Origin: Eledone cirrhosa
Lineage: Eukaryota
Assembly: GCA_964016885.1 (NCBI GenBank)
Contig: OZ024753.1
Location: 20,460,001-20,524,000 of the forward strand
DNA: 64,000 nt
Direction: 5' to 3'
The notes beneath the pieces were generated by a model. The model worked only from the letters and a program-made list of their open reading frames with translations, was not told the origin of the DNA and made no database searches. Shown piece by piece: positions 63,091 to 64,000 of this stretch (its first letter is position 1; every line of letters begins with the position of its first letter). The translations under genes were made by a program, and so were the position numbers.

Positions 63091-64000
63091 GAGTTGGGAA
63101 GGATCTGTGTGTGTTGTGATGCAGTATAGTGTCTGGGGAGTTGGGAAGGAACTGTGTTTGTTGTGATACAGTATAGTCTCTGGGGATTTAGGAATGATCT
63201 GTGTTTGTTGTGATACATTGTAGAGGCTGGGGAGTTGGCAAGAGTTTCTGTGTGTGTTGTGATACAGTGTAGTGTCTGGGGAGTTGGGAAGGATATGTGT
63301 GTTGTGATACAGTGTAGTATCTGGGGAGTTGGGAAGGATATGTGTGTGTTGTGATACAGTGTAGTGTCTGGGGAGTTGGGAAGGATATGTGTGTGTTGTG
63401 ATACAGTATAGTGTCTGGGGAGTTGGGAAGGAACTGTGTTTGTTGTGATACAGTATAGTGTCTGGGGACTTGGGAATGATCTGTGTGTGTTGTGATACAG
63501 TGTAGTGTCTGGGGAGTTGGGAAGGATATGTGTATATTGTGATACAGTTTAGTGTCTGGGGAGTTGGGAAGGATCTGTGTGTTGGGATAAAGTGTAGTGT
63601 CTGGGGAGTTGGGAAGGATGTGTGTGTGTTGTGATACATTGTAGATTCTGGGGAGTTGGGAATGATCTGTGTGTTGGGAAAATATAGATGTGTTGTTATA
63701 CAGTGTAATGTCTGGGGAGTTGGGAAGGGTCTGTGTGTGGTGTGATACATTGTAGTGTCTTGGGAGTTGGAAAGGAGCTGTGTGTGTTGTGATACAGTGT
63801 ATTGTCTGCGGAGTTGGGAATGATGTGTGTGTGGTGTGATACAGTGTAGTGTCTGGGGAGTTGGGAAGGATCTGTGTGTGGTGTGATACAGTGTAGTGTC
63901 TGGAGAGTTGGGAAGGATCTGTGTGTGTTGTGATACAGTGTAGTGTCTGGGGAGTTGGGAAGGATCTGTGTGTGTTGTGATACAGTATAGTGTCTGGGGT

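Larger units (their letters stand above)
10272..63750 (-). other. Repeat-derived stop-free reading frames (47-aa His/Thr/Pro/Gln-rich repeat), most likely not genes
   Basis: The reverse-complement monomer ACACTAYACTGTATCACAACACACACAGATCCTTCCCAACWCCCCAG has no TAA, TAG or TGA. ORFs overlap in all three frames and encode the same peptide. Starts and stops coincide with single-base monomer variants. Confidence 0.85.
51640..63850 (+). repeat. Divergent monomer domain: re-amplified blocks of degenerate monomers interleaved with consensus-like runs
   Basis: Monomers with several substitutions or indels each (GGAACTGTGTTTG, GGAATGATC, GATACATTGTAG, GGCAAGAGTTTCTG, GGAGCTG) cluster at ~51.7-52.4, 52.65-53.7, 54.7-56.35, 60.0-60.9, 61.1-63.1 and 63.1-63.85 kb. 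They are essentially absent before 51.6 kb. Confidence 0.9.
1..64000 (+). repeat. 47-bp tandem satellite array (~1,360 monomers), running off both ends of the window
   Basis: The monomer CTGGGG(A/T)GTTGGGAAGGATCTGTGTGTGTTGTGATACAGT(A/G)TAGTGT starts at 1, 48, 95, 142 and continues head-to-tail to the last base. All copies have the same orientation and there is no non-repeat sequence. Confidence 0.99.

Noticed and set aside
1-64000. CRISPR array or other repeat-spacer system
   Set aside because: Monomers abut directly with no unique spacers, leader or cas genes. Variation is limited to point changes and small indels.
1-64000. Telomerase-synthesised telomeric repeat (G/T-rich strand, TTGGG and CTAGGG motifs)
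   Set aside because: There are no canonical short telomere tracts. Variants are inherited in multi-kb blocks, which indicates DNA-level duplication rather than re-copying from one RNA template. A subtelomeric location cannot be excluded.
1-64000. Immunoglobulin class-switch region
   Set aside because: Unit size and G-skew are similar, but the consensus lacks AGCT/GAGCT AID hotspots (GAGCT appears only in a few degenerate monomers), the array is far longer than switch regions, and no exons are present.
1-64000. Short transcription-factor motifs (TGGGAA CSL/Ikaros-like, CACCC box, TGATA, TGTGGT)
   Set aside because: Matches of 5-6 bp are expected by chance in a GT-rich 47-mer, and the CSL and GATA flanks do not fit the full consensus.
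1-64000. Rolling-circle, concatemer or sequencing artefact
   Set aside because: Rare variants recur in ordered, nested, hierarchical blocks with regional structure, which random read error or a single-template concatemer would not produce. Exact copy numbers still need long-read validation.

Overview
The whole 64 kb window is one uninterrupted, single-orientation, head-to-tail satellite array of a 47-bp monomer, about 1,360 copies. The consensus is CTGGGGWGTTGGGAAGGATCTGTGTGTGTTGTGATACAGTRTAGTGT. I see no unique sequence, transposon insertion, inversion, RNA gene, CRISPR spacer or credible protein-coding gene. The giant minus-strand ORFs arise because the reverse-complement monomer has no stop codon in any frame and 47 is not a multiple of 3, so all three frames spell the same 47-aa peptide. 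The information lies in the variant pattern: (i) two near-balanced binary sites (W7, R41) arranged in a recurring phrase; (ii) nested kb-scale duplications with offsets of 1271, 1926, 2349, 3382, 5591, 5964 and 6739 bp; (iii) a young central layer (~12.6-36 kb) flanked on both sides by an older layer sharing diagnostic variants; and (iv) a more divergent domain from ~51.6 kb, containing a 64-bp fusion monomer and about 25 copies of GATACATTGTAG, which resembles a DM-domain (DMRT/Doublesex) site. The sequence looks eukaryotic, but the organism and chromosomal location cannot be determined. All coordinates and counts were read by eye, and block boundaries are approximate.
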